From NCBI GenBank assembly GCA_963765495.1, contig CAVXWP010000009.1, forward strand, positions 64,001 to 128,000: DNA of 64,000 nucleotides. Direction: 5' to 3'. The position numbers were made by a program, and so were the translations under genes. Below the pieces are notes generated by a model that saw only the letters and a program-made list of their open reading frames with translations, was not told where the DNA came from and searched no databases. Source of the stretch: Blastocatellia bacterium (GTDB lineage: Bacteria > Acidobacteriota > Blastocatellia > UBA7656). Position 1 is the first letter of the stretch; each line of letters opens with the position of its first letter. Shown piece after piece: positions 1 to 10,877 of this stretch.

Positions 1-1005
1 CGGGCGCAATTCTCTACCCCGATCAATGTGCAGATGTCGCTCTACTCGATTGATTTCTTCAATCATTTCGAAGAGATGACCGGCGACGACGCGAGCTACA
101 AACCTCACGGCTATCTTTTCATAGCCACAACCGAGCCCCATCTGGACTACCTCAAGGCAAACCGCAAACGCCAGCAAGGGCTGGGGCTTACAAATGTAGA
201 ATTGCTTTCGCGTGAAGATGTGCTCGAAATCATCCCGCAATTATCGGGCGAGGATGTGTTGGGGGCTACTTTCTGCCCGACGGATGGTTTCGTCGATCCT
301 TACATTATCATGCGCGGATTTATGACCTGCGCGCGCAATCGAGGCGCAAAAATCCATCTCGATACCGAAGTGATCGGAATCGATCTGGAAGGAGACCGCG
401 TAAAAGGGGTCACAACCAGTCGCGGGCGCATCTCGACAGGCGTCGTCGTCAACGCGGCAGGCCCGTGGGCGGCTCTGGTCGCCCGACTTGCAGGCATAGA
501 GATTCCCGTATCTCCGCTTCGCCGCCAGATCGTCAACACCGAAGCCTTTGACCTTCTGCCCGCCCGCCTGCCTATGGTCGTTGATATGTCGAGCGGTTTT
601 CATTTCAGACCCGAAGGCTCGGGCTACATGATGGCGTGGCCCGACCCGGAAGAGAATTTCAGCTTCAATACGGGTTTCGATCAGGAGTTTATTGAAAAAG
701 TGCTCGTGCGAGCCGTCAAGCGAATACCGTGCTTTGCCGAGGCCGAAGTGAATCCGCGACGCTGCTGGGCCGGATTGTATGAGATGACGCCCGATCATCA
801 CGCAATCATTGGCCCCGCCCCGGGAGTGGAAGGATTGTATCTGGCAAACGGGTTTAGCGGGCATGGCGTTATGCATTCACCAGCCACGGGCCGCATAATC
901 TCTGATTTGATTATGAGCAAAGAAACGCGCCTGCTCGACGCTACACCGCTTGGAGCCGAAAGATTCGCCGAAGGCCGATTGTTGCACGAGACGGCCGTGC
1001 TCTGA
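1..1005 (+). CDS. FAD-dependent oxidoreductase, sarcosine oxidase beta/DAO family (5' truncated by the window)
   Basis: Frame open from base 1 ([13 protein letters not shown]); motifs [45 protein letters not shown]. Confidence 0.85.
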   Translation, partial: RAQFSTPINVQMSLYSIDFFNHFEEMTGDDASYKPHGYLFIATTEPHLDYLKANRKRQQGLGLTNVELLSREDVLEIIPQLSGEDVLGATFCPTDGFVDPYIIMRGFMTCARNRGAKIHLDTEVIGIDLEGDRVKGVTTSRGRISTGVVVNAAGPWAALVARLAGIEIPVSPLRRQIVNTEAFDLLPARLPMVVDMSSGFHFRPEGSGYMMAWPDPEENFSFNTGFDQEFIEKVLVRAVKRIPCFAEAEVNPRRCWAGLYEMTPDHHAIIGPAPGVEGLYLANGFSGHGVMHSPATGRIISDLIMSKETRLLDATPLGAERFAEGRLLHETAVL

Positions 1006-1191
1006 GATTTGAGATCTCAGAGCACATCTGATGTCTGATACTTGCAGGCAGGTCCGAACCCCTTCGAGACACTGGATTTAGTCAACAGGCGTTGAAAGAG
1101 GCGCGCTTGACTTAAATTACCAAAGAGCCTACCCTTTTTAGACCGTGCCCGGCTATAATTGGGTTCATTTCTTAGTAAGGAGAATAACCAT

Positions 1192-4100
1192 ATGAAGTTC
1201 ATGAAGACGCTCACTCTAGTCTTAATTCTCGCGCTAAACGTCAGGGTGGATGCGGTTTTTGCACAGGCATCAGTCTCAACGGCGGAAGTGCGCGGTCAGG
1301 TCACAGATGCGTCGGGCGCTGTGATTGCCGGAGCTACGGTTTCGGTCACCGATGTGGGGAAAGGCACTACCCGCACGGTCACGACCGATGAGGGCGGCAG
1401 CTATAGTATTCTCGCTCTGCTTCCAGCCACATACAATATGAAGGTCGAGGCTAGCGGCTTCGCAACCAAAACCTTGTCTAATCTGACGCTCGATGTAGGC
1501 CAGGTAGCGAGAATCCCCGTCGTGATGACGGTCGAAGGCGTGACGGCCGAAGTCAACATAACGGCGACCAGCGACGTGGTCGAAGTAGAACGGACTCAGC
1601 AATCTTCGGTCATCAACGAAGTGCAGATAGATAATCTGCCGATCAACCGGCGGAATTTTCTCGATTTCGTGTTGTTGACTCCGGGCGTAACCGATTCGGA
1701 CAACATAAACGATTCTTCGGATTTCCGCGTAGCCCAGACGCCGCAAACGGGGCTCTCCTTTGGCGGCAACAACGGACGGGGAAACTCGATCATGGTTGAC
1801 GGCGCGGCGGCCGACACAAACTCCGGCGCGGCGCGTGAGGTCGTAGCGCAGGAGGGAGTGCAGGAGTTTCAGGTCAATCGCAACAGCTACAACGCGGAAT
1901 ACGGCGGCGCATCGGGCGGCGTGGTCAACATAGTCTCCAAGACCGGCTCGAATGAGTATCACGGCAGCATCTTCGGGTATTTCCGCGACGATACATTCGA
2001 TGCGCGCAATGCATTTGACTTCAATCCCAACGGTATATCGCCGTTCAACCGCCAGCAATTCGGCGGATCAATCGGCGGCCCGCTGAGCCAGGACAAGACA
2101 TTTTTCTTCGGCTCTCTCGAAGCGTTGAAGCAAAAGCAAACCAGTTTTGTGAATCTGGTCAATGATCCGACCATATTCGATATAACTCCGTCGCAGGATA
2201 CGCTCTTTGACTTCCTCGACAACACGCCGTTTGCGGCCCTGTCGGCAGGTCTCAGAGGCGCGCTGAACACGCGGAATTTTCCGGGAACGGTTCAACTGTT
2301 TCAGGATGCCAGCGGGCAGTTTCCCTTCGACTCTTATGACACGGTAGGCTCGTTCCGCGTAGATCATACATTCAGCCAGACCGATAGCGGGTATCTTCGT
2401 TTCAACTTCAACAAGTCGAAGTTTGATAATCAGGCGGCCGGAGCGCTGACGGCCGTTTCGCGAGGGCGTGAAATAGCGACGTTTTCTACGGGGCTGTTAT
2501 TGTCCGAGACTCACCTTTTCAGCCCCACGACTATAAACGAGATAAAAGCGCAGGCTAGCTATCTGAAAAACGACGTGTTGCCCAACGACACCGTAGGGCC
2601 GGAATTCAACATAGAAGGATTCGGCAATTTCGGGCGCGACATATTCCTGCCTTCGCGCGCCATCGAGCGCCGCTATGAGATCAGCGATAATTTTTCAAAA
2701 GTGTTGGGCGCTCACACCTTCAAGTTTGGAGGCCAGTTTCAGGCCATAGACAACTCTTCAAACTCTCAGACTTTCTTCGGCGGGCGGTTCAATTTCGGGA
2801 CCGCGTTGCCGCTGGGGCTGCTGATCCCGGCAAGCGTTCAGGCGCAATTGATACCGTTTCTGACCGCGCAGGGCCGCACCGATCTGCTCGGAATAATCGG
2901 CTCGCCGATCACCGCGCTTCAATCGTTCAATCTGAATCTGCCTATAGTCTATCAGCAGGGCTTTGGCGAGTCGGGATTCGATGCCTTCAGCTATCGCTAT
3001 GCCGCCTACGGGCAGGATACCTGGAAAGTGCGTCCCAACTTTACCTTCAATTTCGGATTGCGTTATTTCCTTGAAGATGATGTCGCGCCTTTCGAGACAG
3101 ACACCAATAATTTTCAACCGCGCGTCGGTTTTGCCTGGGACCCCTGGTCGGATGGGAAGACCGCTATTCGCGGCGGGTTTGGAATATTCACCGGGCAGAT
3201 TGACAACCAGATCGTCAACGTGGTCAACGAGCTTAGCGGGTCAGGCGATCCGAGCAACATAAATATCGTTCTTGCCACCGCCACATCAAACGCCTTAGGT
3301 CTTCCCACCTCGTTTGCGATTTACCAGACGTTGCTCGCGCAGGGAGTGATAGGCCACCGCACGATAGAGGCTTCCGATCTTTTGCAGTTCGGACTTGTGC
3401 CGGGGCCGGGCAAACCTCTTGAGGTTCGTTTCCGCGCAGGCGACAACTATGAAAACCCCTACACCGAGCAGGCGAGCCTTGCCGTACAGCGCGACCTCGG
3501 CGGAGGATTTTCAACCGAAGTGAGTTATCTGTTCAACCGGGGGCTGCACATCACGCGCAACCGCGATGTGAATCAGTTCAAGATGACCGGGCCAATCAAT
3601 CCGTTATCGGGCACAGGGTCGTTTATCCGCTTCCCGTCCGCTGCACAGGCTGCGGCAGGCCTCACAAGCGACTTCCGCAACCCGCTCATACTTCAGGACA
3701 ACCGTTACGAATCGACCGCGAGTTCCTTCTATCACGCGGGCACGATTCAAGTGACCAAGCGGTTCTCAAACCGTTACAGCATAAACACAAACTACACCTA
3801 CTCGAAGACGATAGACGAAGTGACGGATTTCAACAGCGACTTTTCGGCGCAGAATCCGCTGGATTTCAGGGCCGACCGGTCGCTTTCGGCCTTCGATCAG
3901 AGGCACAGGTTTGTCTTCAGCGGCGTGTTTCAAAGCCCGCTTGAAGGCGATTCGGCCCTGGACAAAATCTTTGGCGAATGGGTCTTTTCGCCGATCTTCA
4001 TAGCCGGAAGCGGCAGGCCCTTCAACCTGCTGCTCGGCTCCGACGCAAACGCCGACGGGCGCTCGCAAAGCGACCGGCCCTGCGTACGCGAAAGCTCCAC

Positions 4101-4407
4101 CGCCCCGTGCAACCCCGGCTCAAACATCGGGCGCAACACGGGCCGGGGCGAGCCTGTCTATACCGTGGATGTACGGCTTGGCAGACGCTTCTTCAGCCGC
4201 GAGAGGCGGTTCCTTGAGTTGACCGTTGAAGCCTTCAACCTGTTCAACCGGACCAATTTCAACGGCATCAACAATGTAGTGGGAACCACGCCGATCACCA
4301 CCGGGAACCCGCGCGGCATCGAAGGTCTTTTCCCAACGCGACCGCTGGCCTTCACATCGGCTGCGCCTGCGCGTCAGTTGCAATTCGGGGCGCGATTCAA
4401 CTTTTAA
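1192..4407 (+). CDS. TonB-dependent receptor, Oar-like, with N-terminal carboxypeptidase-regulatory-like domain
   Basis: AAGGAG RBS, signal peptide, [16 protein letters not shown] domain, plug motifs ([26 protein letters not shown]), C-terminal [11 protein letters not shown]. Confidence 0.92.
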   Translation: MKFMKTLTLVLILALNVRVDAVFAQASVSTAEVRGQVTDASGAVIAGATVSVTDVGKGTTRTVTTDEGGSYSILALLPATYNMKVEASGFATKTLSNLTLDVGQVARIPVVMTVEGVTAEVNITATSDVVEVERTQQSSVINEVQIDNLPINRRNFLDFVLLTPGVTDSDNINDSSDFRVAQTPQTGLSFGGNNGRGNSIMVDGAAADTNSGAAREVVAQEGVQEFQVNRNSYNAEYGGASGGVVNIVSKTGSNEYHGSIFGYFRDDTFDARNAFDFNPNGISPFNRQQFGGSIGGPLSQDKTFFFGSLEALKQKQTSFVNLVNDPTIFDITPSQDTLFDFLDNTPFAALSAGLRGALNTRNFPGTVQLFQDASGQFPFDSYDTVGSFRVDHTFSQTDSGYLRFNFNKSKFDNQAAGALTAVSRGREIATFSTGLLLSETHLFSPTTINEIKAQASYLKNDVLPNDTVGPEFNIEGFGNFGRDIFLPSRAIERRYEISDNFSKVLGAHTFKFGGQFQAIDNSSNSQTFFGGRFNFGTALPLGLLIPASVQAQLIPFLTAQGRTDLLGIIGSPITALQSFNLNLPIVYQQGFGESGFDAFSYRYAAYGQDTWKVRPNFTFNFGLRYFLEDDVAPFETDTNNFQPRVGFAWDPWSDGKTAIRGGFGIFTGQIDNQIVNVVNELSGSGDPSNINIVLATATSNALGLPTSFAIYQTLLAQGVIGHRTIEASDLLQFGLVPGPGKPLEVRFRAGDNYENPYTEQASLAVQRDLGGGFSTEVSYLFNRGLHITRNRDVNQFKMTGPINPLSGTGSFIRFPSAAQAAAGLTSDFRNPLILQDNRYESTASSFYHAGTIQVTKRFSNRYSINTNYTYSKTIDEVTDFNSDFSAQNPLDFRADRSLSAFDQRHRFVFSGVFQSPLEGDSALDKIFGEWVFSPIFIAGSGRPFNLLLGSDANADGRSQSDRPCVRESSTAPCNPGSNIGRNTGRGEPVYTVDVRLGRRFFSRERRFLELTVEAFNLFNRTNFNGINNVVGTTPITTGNPRGIEGLFPTRPLAFTSAAPARQLQFGARFNF

Positions 4408-4427
4408 AAGGGATGAGGGAAGTTTGA

Positions 4428-4555
4428 AAGGATGAAGGATGAAGGATGAAGGATGAAATCGGATGTCGGGCATCACTCTTTCATAAAGAGTGAACCGTTT
4501 TTATCAGGATTAAACAAAACATGTTTTCATCCTTCATCCTTCATCCTTCATCCTT
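4428..4555. repeat. Palindromic heptamer-arm element A1: (AAGGATG)4 ... (CATCCTT)4
   Basis: Perfect 31-bp inverted arms at 4428-4458 and 4525-4555; internal hairpin TCACTCTTT-CAT-AAAGAGTGA at 4473-4493. Confidence 0.95.
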
Positions 4556-4570
4556 CCGAGGATCTGAGAG

Positions 4571-5431
4571 TTGGAGCCTATATCGCATTACTATTATTCT
4601 CACCGGCTGAAGCTGCATTTCTGGGACTGGGGGCAAAACGGGAAGCCTTCACTGATCCTCGTCCACGGAGGGCTGGACCACGCGCGAAACTGGGACTGGG
4701 TGGCGCGCTGCCTGCGCGAAGACTTTCACGTTTACGCGCTGGACCTGCGCGGGCATGGCAATAGCCAGTGGGCACCGGGCGCGCTCTACTCGATAGCCGA
4801 GCACGTGCTCGATCTATCGGCGCTTGCCGACATCATAGACGACTTTCCCCTCTACCTCGTAGGCCATTCGCTTGGCGGCGTCATCGTTTTGCTTTACTCA
4901 GGGATATACCCGGATCGGGTGCGCAAGGTAGTCTCAATCGAAGGGCTTGGGCCGCCGCCCAGACACAGGGTATTCGCCCCGGCATCTGAACGAATGCGCG
5001 GGTGGATCGAAGCTATCAGAAACACCGAGAGGCGCGAGCCTCACAGTTATCCTGATCTGGAAGCGGCGGTAGCGCGGATGAAAGAAGCCAACCCGCATCT
5101 GTCGGACGAGGTGGCTCGGCATCTGACGCTGCACGGAACAAACTGGAATGCGGACGGCTCGCTGATATGGAAGTTCGACAACTATGCCCGCCCGTTTGCG
5201 CCCTACGGTCACAACATGGAAGACCTGGGCGAAATACTGGGGCAGGTAAATTGCCCGACCCTTCTGTTTTGGGGGATGGAAAGCTGGTCCGCAGACCCCG
5301 AGACCGACGGACGCGCGGCGCGGCTCAAGGATTACCGTCTGGTCAAAGTACCCCGCGCGGGCCACTGGCTGCACCACGATCAACTCGATATATTTCTTGA
5401 TGAAACAACCCGCTTTCTCAGAGAGGATTGA
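4571..5431 (+). CDS. Alpha/beta fold hydrolase
   Basis: HGG oxyanion motif, DLRGHG, nucleophile GHSLGG, catalytic His in AGHWLHHD; TTG start. Confidence 0.88.
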   Translation: MEPISHYYYSHRLKLHFWDWGQNGKPSLILVHGGLDHARNWDWVARCLREDFHVYALDLRGHGNSQWAPGALYSIAEHVLDLSALADIIDDFPLYLVGHSLGGVIVLLYSGIYPDRVRKVVSIEGLGPPPRHRVFAPASERMRGWIEAIRNTERREPHSYPDLEAAVARMKEANPHLSDEVARHLTLHGTNWNADGSLIWKFDNYARPFAPYGHNMEDLGEILGQVNCPTLLFWGMESWSADPETDGRAARLKDYRLVKVPRAGHWLHHDQLDIFLDETTRFLRED

Positions 5432-5453
5432 CAGGATTTCTCGTGATCCTGTC
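5430..5453. terminator. Hairpin between convergent stop codons (resembles a minimal family-F element)
   Basis: GACAGGAT-N8-ATCCTGTC touching both stop codons. Confidence 0.5.
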
Positions 5454-6181
5454 TAACCGCTCCGGTTTTCTAAAAGGAACTGCAAAGATTGATCGGGACT
5501 GTATTCGACCGCTTCCTTACCTTTCAGGAATATCCGCGTCTGCTTATTGCCCAGCAATTCAATTTTTGAGCCTTCGATCTTCAGGATACTGCCTTCTCTG
5601 AGTCCGACGACATAGACGCCGGGGTTGGCCTCGATGTATTCGAGCAGGCGCTCTTCTCTGGTTTCGCCCTGATGTTGGGGCGTGTGAAAATCGGTGTAAT
5701 GAGGATTGATCTGAAACGGCACAAGGTCAAAAGCGCGGAAGCTGCGCGGCTGAACTATGGGCATGTCATTGGTCGTCGAAATGGTTGGGCAGGCAACATT
5801 CGACCCGGCGCTCCAGCCTATATAAGGCAAGCCGTCTGAGACGCGAGCGCGTATGATTTCAATCAGGTCTCTTTCATAAAGCTCGCGCAAAAGGTGAAAA
5901 GTGTTGCCTCCACCCACGACTATGGCTTCGGCGCGACCGACAGCATCTTTCGGGTCGCCCGCTACGTGAATCGATTCCAGGTCGTATCCCATCTGCTGAA
6001 GCCTGTCGCGCACTCCCGAGGCATAATCGTCAAAAGACATACGCACACCGGCAAAAGGGATAAACAGGATTTTCTTGATTTGTTTGCCCAGAAAGCTTTT
6101 TATCGCGGCCTCCGCGTGCGCCAGATAGCCCTCGCCGTAATTCTTTGAATTGCTCAACAGCAGTAATCTTCTACTCGACAT
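5453..6181 (-). CDS. pepE: Dipeptidase E (peptidase S51)
   Basis: LLLLSNS, VGGGNTF, GWSAGSNVACPTISTTNDMPI, PFQINPHY, HQGETRE. Confidence 0.93.
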   Translation of the reverse strand: MSSRRLLLLSNSKNYGEGYLAHAEAAIKSFLGKQIKKILFIPFAGVRMSFDDYASGVRDRLQQMGYDLESIHVAGDPKDAVGRAEAIVVGGGNTFHLLRELYERDLIEIIRARVSDGLPYIGWSAGSNVACPTISTTNDMPIVQPRSFRAFDLVPFQINPHYTDFHTPQHQGETREERLLEYIEANPGVYVVGLREGSILKIEGSKIELLGNKQTRIFLKGKEAVEYSPDQSLQFLLENRSG

Positions 6182-6226
6182 TGAGCCAATTATAGCCGCA
6201 AAAAGCTGAGAATAGAACGTTATGCG

Positions 6227-8647
6227 CTATTCGTACCTGAGAGCGATCATCGGGTCTACTCTGGTTGCTCGCCGCGCAGGGATGTAGCAGGCCGCGAGGG
6301 CTACAATTGCCAGCAAAAGCGAGATGCTTCCAAAGGTCAGGGGGTCGGTGGCGCTCACTCCGTAGAGCAGGGTAGTCATCAGACGAGTAAGCCCGAAGGC
6401 TGCGCCGAGGCCGACGATGACGCCTGTCCCTGCCAGAGTCATTCCCTGCCCCACTACCATTTTGACTATGTCGCGAGTCTCTGCCCCGAGAGCCATTCGT
6501 ATACCGATTTCGTGTGTGCGCTGTGTGACCGAATATGACATCACGCCATAGATTCCTACTGAGGCCAGGACAAGCGCCAGGGCCGCGAATATGCTCATCA
6601 GAAACATCGAGAAACGCTGCGTAGCAATTGATTCGTCCAGGCGCTGCTCCATGGTTTTCACGTCGTAGACGGGCTGGTTGCTATCGGTAGCGATTACCTG
6701 CTCGCGCACCGCGCCCGCAAGACTCATCAGATCGCCCGAAGACCGCACGGTTAAATTCATGTTGCTTGCCACCATCGCGAGAAACTGATCGGGAATCTGT
6801 TCAAAGGCATAGTATAGCTGTGCCTGAACCGGCACTTCGCCGTCGAGACCATAGTGCTTTACATGCTTGACCACGCCTACGATCTCGAAATTCGGTATGC
6901 CGGGGGCCTTCGATACAAACTGTTTTCCAATGGGGTCTTCACCGGGGAAGTAGGTCGCGGCAAGGTCTTCGTCAATGATGGCGACGAACGGGCTGTCTTT
7001 ATTATCCTGACGTGAAAAGTATCTGCCTTTGAGCAAAGGGATATCCATCGTTTTGAAATAATCGCTGCTCACCAGGTAGAAGACGGCCATGTTGGCCTGC
7101 CCCGCCTCGGGGGCAGGTCGCCCTTCGATCAAAAAGCTTGTCTCCGAGGCCCCGGCAAAAGGGAGCCCATTTGAAAAGGAAACGGATTCGACGCCGGGCA
7201 GGCTTTGAACATTTCGTTCAAGTCGGTCAAAGAAATCTGCCACCTTCTTCCCATCATCTTTGCCGACGGAAAGCGACAACTGCATGGTCAAAAGGTTTTT
7301 CTGATCGAAACCCGGTCTTATGTCCCCAAGCTTCAGCAGGCTTTCAATCATCAGCCCCGCGCCTATCAACAAGACAAGCGCGAGCGCGACTTCGGCAATC
7401 ACCAGAGCGCCCCGCACCCGATGACGCGAGCCTGTCGAGCCTCTGTCGCCTTCCTTGAGCGATTCGCTCAGAGTCAGGCTTGAAGCTTGCAGAGCCGGAA
7501 CGAGGCCAAAGACAATTCCAGTGACCACGGATACCAGTAATGTAAATCCGAGCACACTATAATCAATACTTGCCTGTCTGAGCCGAGGGATGTCATCCGG
7601 TATCGAGGATGCCAGAAAATCGGTCCCCCACATCGCTATCAGCAATCCGAAAGCGCCGCCAATCAACCCCAGCAGGACGCTTTCGGTTAAAAGCTGGCGA
7701 ATGATGCGCCAGCGGCTCGCGCCAAGCGCCGTGCGAATCGCGATCTCTTTCTGACGCACGGCAGACCTGGCCAGCAACAGGTTGGCTACGTTTGCGCAGG
7801 CAATCAAGAGTACAAAGGCGACCGCTCCGAGCAGCACCAGCAGCATAGGCTGGATGTCGCCTACCGTGTCTTTGTAAAGCGAGGTCAGATGAATCTGGCG
7901 CTCGGCGTTTGACTGGGGATACTGTTGGCCGAGTCTTTCTTGAATGGCATTCATCCCGGCTCGCGCCTCGTCTTCGGTGACGCCGGGTCTGAGTCGCGCC
8001 ACTACGTAAATACCGGGATGGTTGCCGCGCTCCTGATACTGGTCGGCCCACTGGCCGAGGGGAACAAACAGATCGGCCCCCGACCCGTACTGAAAGGTTT
8101 GCGAGGTGATGCCTATGACGGTGAAGTTTTTATTATTGAGCGTAAGCTGATTTCCCAGAATCGAAGGATCGCCGCCAAACCTGCGCTGCCAGAACCCGTA
8201 ATCGAGAATGACCACAGGGGTTGCGCCTACCCGGTCTTCATCGGCGAGAAAATCACGTCCAAGCGCCGGTTTGATTCCAAAAGTGGAGAAGAAATCTGCC
8301 GAGACCATGCGGCCTTGAAGTCGTTCGGGTTGGTCGCGGCCCGTCAGGTTAAAGCTGTCGCGGCGGGAGGCGGCTATCTTTTCAAAGACCTGATTCTGGT
8401 CTCGCCAATCTACGAAATTGAGATAGGCTACAGAGGTGTCCATCATCTTTGCCTTCTCCCACATGATGACCAGCCTGTCCGGGTCTTCGTATGGGAGCGG
8501 GCGCAGAAGCGTGACGTTGACGACGCTGAATATCGCGCTGTTGGCCCCTATGCCGAGGGCGAGCGCCATCACCGCTACCGCCGTAAAACCCGGACTCTTG
8601 AGCATCATCCGAAGAGCATAGCGAAAGTCGTGAAGGAGTGTATTCAT
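6227..8647 (-). CDS. Duplicated orphan ABC permease (ADOP, MacB/FtsX-type)
   Basis: Start MNTLLHDFRYALR with GGAGG RBS; LALGIGANSAIFS, LLIACANVANLLLAR, IPARRATRVDPMIALRYE; no adjacent ATPase. Confidence 0.93.
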   Translation of the reverse strand: MNTLLHDFRYALRMMLKSPGFTAVAVMALALGIGANSAIFSVVNVTLLRPLPYEDPDRLVIMWEKAKMMDTSVAYLNFVDWRDQNQVFEKIAASRRDSFNLTGRDQPERLQGRMVSADFFSTFGIKPALGRDFLADEDRVGATPVVILDYGFWQRRFGGDPSILGNQLTLNNKNFTVIGITSQTFQYGSGADLFVPLGQWADQYQERGNHPGIYVVARLRPGVTEDEARAGMNAIQERLGQQYPQSNAERQIHLTSLYKDTVGDIQPMLLVLLGAVAFVLLIACANVANLLLARSAVRQKEIAIRTALGASRWRIIRQLLTESVLLGLIGGAFGLLIAMWGTDFLASSIPDDIPRLRQASIDYSVLGFTLLVSVVTGIVFGLVPALQASSLTLSESLKEGDRGSTGSRHRVRGALVIAEVALALVLLIGAGLMIESLLKLGDIRPGFDQKNLLTMQLSLSVGKDDGKKVADFFDRLERNVQSLPGVESVSFSNGLPFAGASETSFLIEGRPAPEAGQANMAVFYLVSSDYFKTMDIPLLKGRYFSRQDNKDSPFVAIIDEDLAATYFPGEDPIGKQFVSKAPGIPNFEIVGVVKHVKHYGLDGEVPVQAQLYYAFEQIPDQFLAMVASNMNLTVRSSGDLMSLAGAVREQVIATDSNQPVYDVKTMEQRLDESIATQRFSMFLMSIFAALALVLASVGIYGVMSYSVTQRTHEIGIRMALGAETRDIVKMVVGQGMTLAGTGVIVGLGAAFGLTRLMTTLLYGVSATDPLTFGSISLLLAIVALAACYIPARRATRVDPMIALRYE

Positions 8648-8689
8648 AGCTCGAAACCTCCGATGTCTGAGATTGCCGCTGAATGGATA

Positions 8690-8705
8690 ACCAATTCGCG
8701 TGCCG
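8690..8705 (-). promoter_or_regulatory. Possible sigma54 -24/-12 promoter for the permease
   Basis: CGGCAC-N5-TTGG on the minus strand (consensus GGCAC-N5-TTGC, mismatch at -12). Confidence 0.3.
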
Positions 8706-8710
8706 CCTCC

Positions 8711-8757
8711 GAGATTTGAGATTTGAGTTTTGAGTTTTGAATTTTGAATTTTGAGAT
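8711..8757. repeat. Solo heptamer tandem arm D (GATTTGA/GTTTTGA/ATTTTGA, 6 units)
   Basis: GATTTGA GATTTGA GTTTTGA GTTTTGA ATTTTGA ATTTTGA; no inverted partner seen nearby. Confidence 0.85.
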
Positions 8758-8890
8758 TATTAATTGTTTCACAGCAATTTGCGGCGGCAGGAGCAGGACA
8801 ACCGACCATGCTAAAGCGCCGATCAGACAGCACGCGTGTCCGATTGCGGGATAAGGCGTTCCCAAAAACGGCAAGGGCGTAAGCCGGAAG

Positions 8891-9595
8891 TCACAAACTC
8901 ATCGCGGGGCGAAATCCGTAATCACCGTACTTGAATTCAGGCGGGATACTGCTGCGCGCCGCTACGCGAGTGATCTTGATCTGGTGACGCCACGAACCTC
9001 CACGCGAGGCTCGACGCCTGCCCGAAGCCGGGCCTTGAGGGTTTCGCTCGGGCGAGACTCCATAATAATCCGCATCAAACCAGTCCGAGCACCATTCGTG
9101 CACATTCTCGGAAATGTCATACAGACCAAAACCATTCGGCGGACGCCCGCCTGCGCGCTCAGGCCCCGTGCGCCACAACTCTGAATAACGCGGCTGGTCT
9201 TCGGGCAGAGAGTCGCCCCACGTGTAAAGTCTGCCTTCGAGTCCGCCTCGCGCTGCCCGTTCCCACTCGGCTTCGGTAGGCAGTCTGAACGGTTTGCCCG
9301 CGCGCGCGGAAAGCCATTCGCAATACGCGACAGCGTCAAACCAGCTTACGCTCGTCACCGGCTGGTCGGGGTGATTGAATCGCTCATCCTCAAAGCCTTG
9401 CGGTGATGGTCTGCCAGCCTCTTCGATGAAAACGCGGTAGAGGCGATTTGTGAGCGCGTATCGAGCAATAGCGAAACCATCGACCCAGACTTGATGGACA
9501 GGCCGCTCGCTTGCGGCCCCCCTGTCGCAGCCCATCAGAAAACGGCCTCCGGGAATCGTTATCATCTCCGGCTCTAATTGAGATTCTTCGGGCAT
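8891..9595 (-). CDS. Formylglycine-generating enzyme (FGE/SUMF1) fold protein
   Basis: IPGGRFLMG, PVTSVSWFDAVAYC, RLPTEAEWERAARGG, NGFGLYD, RGGSW; lacks the catalytic Cys pair of true FGE. Confidence 0.88.
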   Translation of the reverse strand: MPEESQLEPEMITIPGGRFLMGCDRGAASERPVHQVWVDGFAIARYALTNRLYRVFIEEAGRPSPQGFEDERFNHPDQPVTSVSWFDAVAYCEWLSARAGKPFRLPTEAEWERAARGGLEGRLYTWGDSLPEDQPRYSELWRTGPERAGGRPPNGFGLYDISENVHEWCSDWFDADYYGVSPERNPQGPASGRRRASRGGSWRHQIKITRVAARSSIPPEFKYGDYGFRPAMSL

Positions 9596-9785
9596 CAATT
9601 TGTCCTTATACAAAGAATGAGGCGGTTGGTTCAAGTCACCGGAGTTGTTCGGTGTTCCCCAATGCGCAGGTCGAACCGGGGTCGCTTGCCCGGAGTCATG
9701 CGGGATAGTATCATCACGGTTTGAATTCTTAAGGCTTAACCTCGTAAACACTTTTGACGGCTCAATCGCTCGATGGAGATTGCAT

Positions 9786-10751
9786 ATGACTCACAGACCA
9801 AAAATCGCAACGGCGCTGCTTGTCGTGATTTGTATTATGTCAGCGCCTGTCGGATGTTTAAGCGATGGAAACCCCGTAGACACGCTTACCTTTCGCGCCT
9901 TTCGCACGTTTTATGATTATGACAAGCAATTGCCTCTCGATGTAAAGATCCGTTCGGACACCGAGGTTGCAGGCTCCGAAAACTCACCGCCACATCGCCT
10001 TATCGCGCTCTCTTTCCTGAGCACGCACGACGAACGAGTGCCCGCGCTGCTATGGATTCCAGCCGGGGGGAAAGCCCCTTTTGCCTGCACATTCTTTCTC
10101 CACGGGCTTGGCCAGAGCAAGATCACAGCGCAAGTGTTCGCCTATGATCTGCTCAGGCGGGGCTATGCCGTTATGGCTTTGGACGCGGCCTATCACGGCG
10201 AGCGCGCAGCAGGGAAACTGCCCATGTACGGCACAAATTTTTATCGTCTGAGAGACGGCTACATGCAGACGGTCATCGATTACCGGCGGGCGCTCGATTA
10301 TCTTGAGACGCGATCCGATATAGATTCAAAGCGAGTGACCCTGATCGGCGTGAGCATGGGCGCGATCATGGGCGCGATACTCGGCGGCGTGGAAGAGAGG
10401 ATCAAGTGCCCCGTTCTGCTTGTCGGGGGGGCAGATCGCGGATTGATGAGCCGCGTGTCTCAGATAGAAGTATGGAAGAAAATAAGGGCGGAAAATCCCA
10501 ATCTCGATTTTGATGAAGTCTCGCGCATAATGGCTCCGGCAGACCCCTTGAATTTCGTAGACAAAATCTCTCCGCGCCCCGTGTTGATGATCAACGGCAC
10601 GAAAGACGAGATAGTCCCCGTAGTCGCAAACAAGCTGCTGCAAGAGACTGCCAAACAGCCGAAGAAAGTGGTCTGGCTTGAGGCGGGCCATTCCCTCCCT
10701 CTCGACAAAACACTGCCGATGATTTCCGTATGGCTCAGAAATAATCTTTGA
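9786..10751 (+). CDS. Exported alpha/beta hydrolase (esterase-like)
   Basis: Signal peptide with possible lipobox PVGC; FLHG, GVSMG nucleophile, NGTKDEIVP, AGH. Confidence 0.8.
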   Translation: MTHRPKIATALLVVICIMSAPVGCLSDGNPVDTLTFRAFRTFYDYDKQLPLDVKIRSDTEVAGSENSPPHRLIALSFLSTHDERVPALLWIPAGGKAPFACTFFLHGLGQSKITAQVFAYDLLRRGYAVMALDAAYHGERAAGKLPMYGTNFYRLRDGYMQTVIDYRRALDYLETRSDIDSKRVTLIGVSMGAIMGAILGGVEERIKCPVLLVGGADRGLMSRVSQIEVWKKIRAENPNLDFDEVSRIMAPADPLNFVDKISPRPVLMINGTKDEIVPVVANKLLQETAKQPKKVVWLEAGHSLPLDKTLPMISVWLRNNL

Positions 10752-10877
10752 GCAGGGAGTTGAAATCATCCGCCTTGCGCCGGATGACCGGGGCCGTCTA
10801 TTATCGTCTCACTTTATGGCTTTGCGATGTGGCAGAGCCGAAAGCATCGCATCACAGATAATTCAAGGAGGATTCCG

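Noticed and set aside
4453-4764. ORFs or N-terminal extensions with [31 protein letters not shown] or NSKLKTQ motifs (also ORF-track starts 8833, 11835, 51203, 52501, 63725)
   Set aside because: These are translations of the stop-free repeat arms. Real starts with an RBS lie downstream.
8891-9595. True formylglycine-generating enzyme for sulfatase maturation
   Set aside because: RGGSW lacks the catalytic Cys pair, and no sulfatase gene is in the window.
9636-9693. Hairpins and a GGTTCGA T-loop-like motif on the minus strand, suggesting a tRNA or riboswitch
   Set aside because: No cloverleaf or recognisable aptamer could be built.
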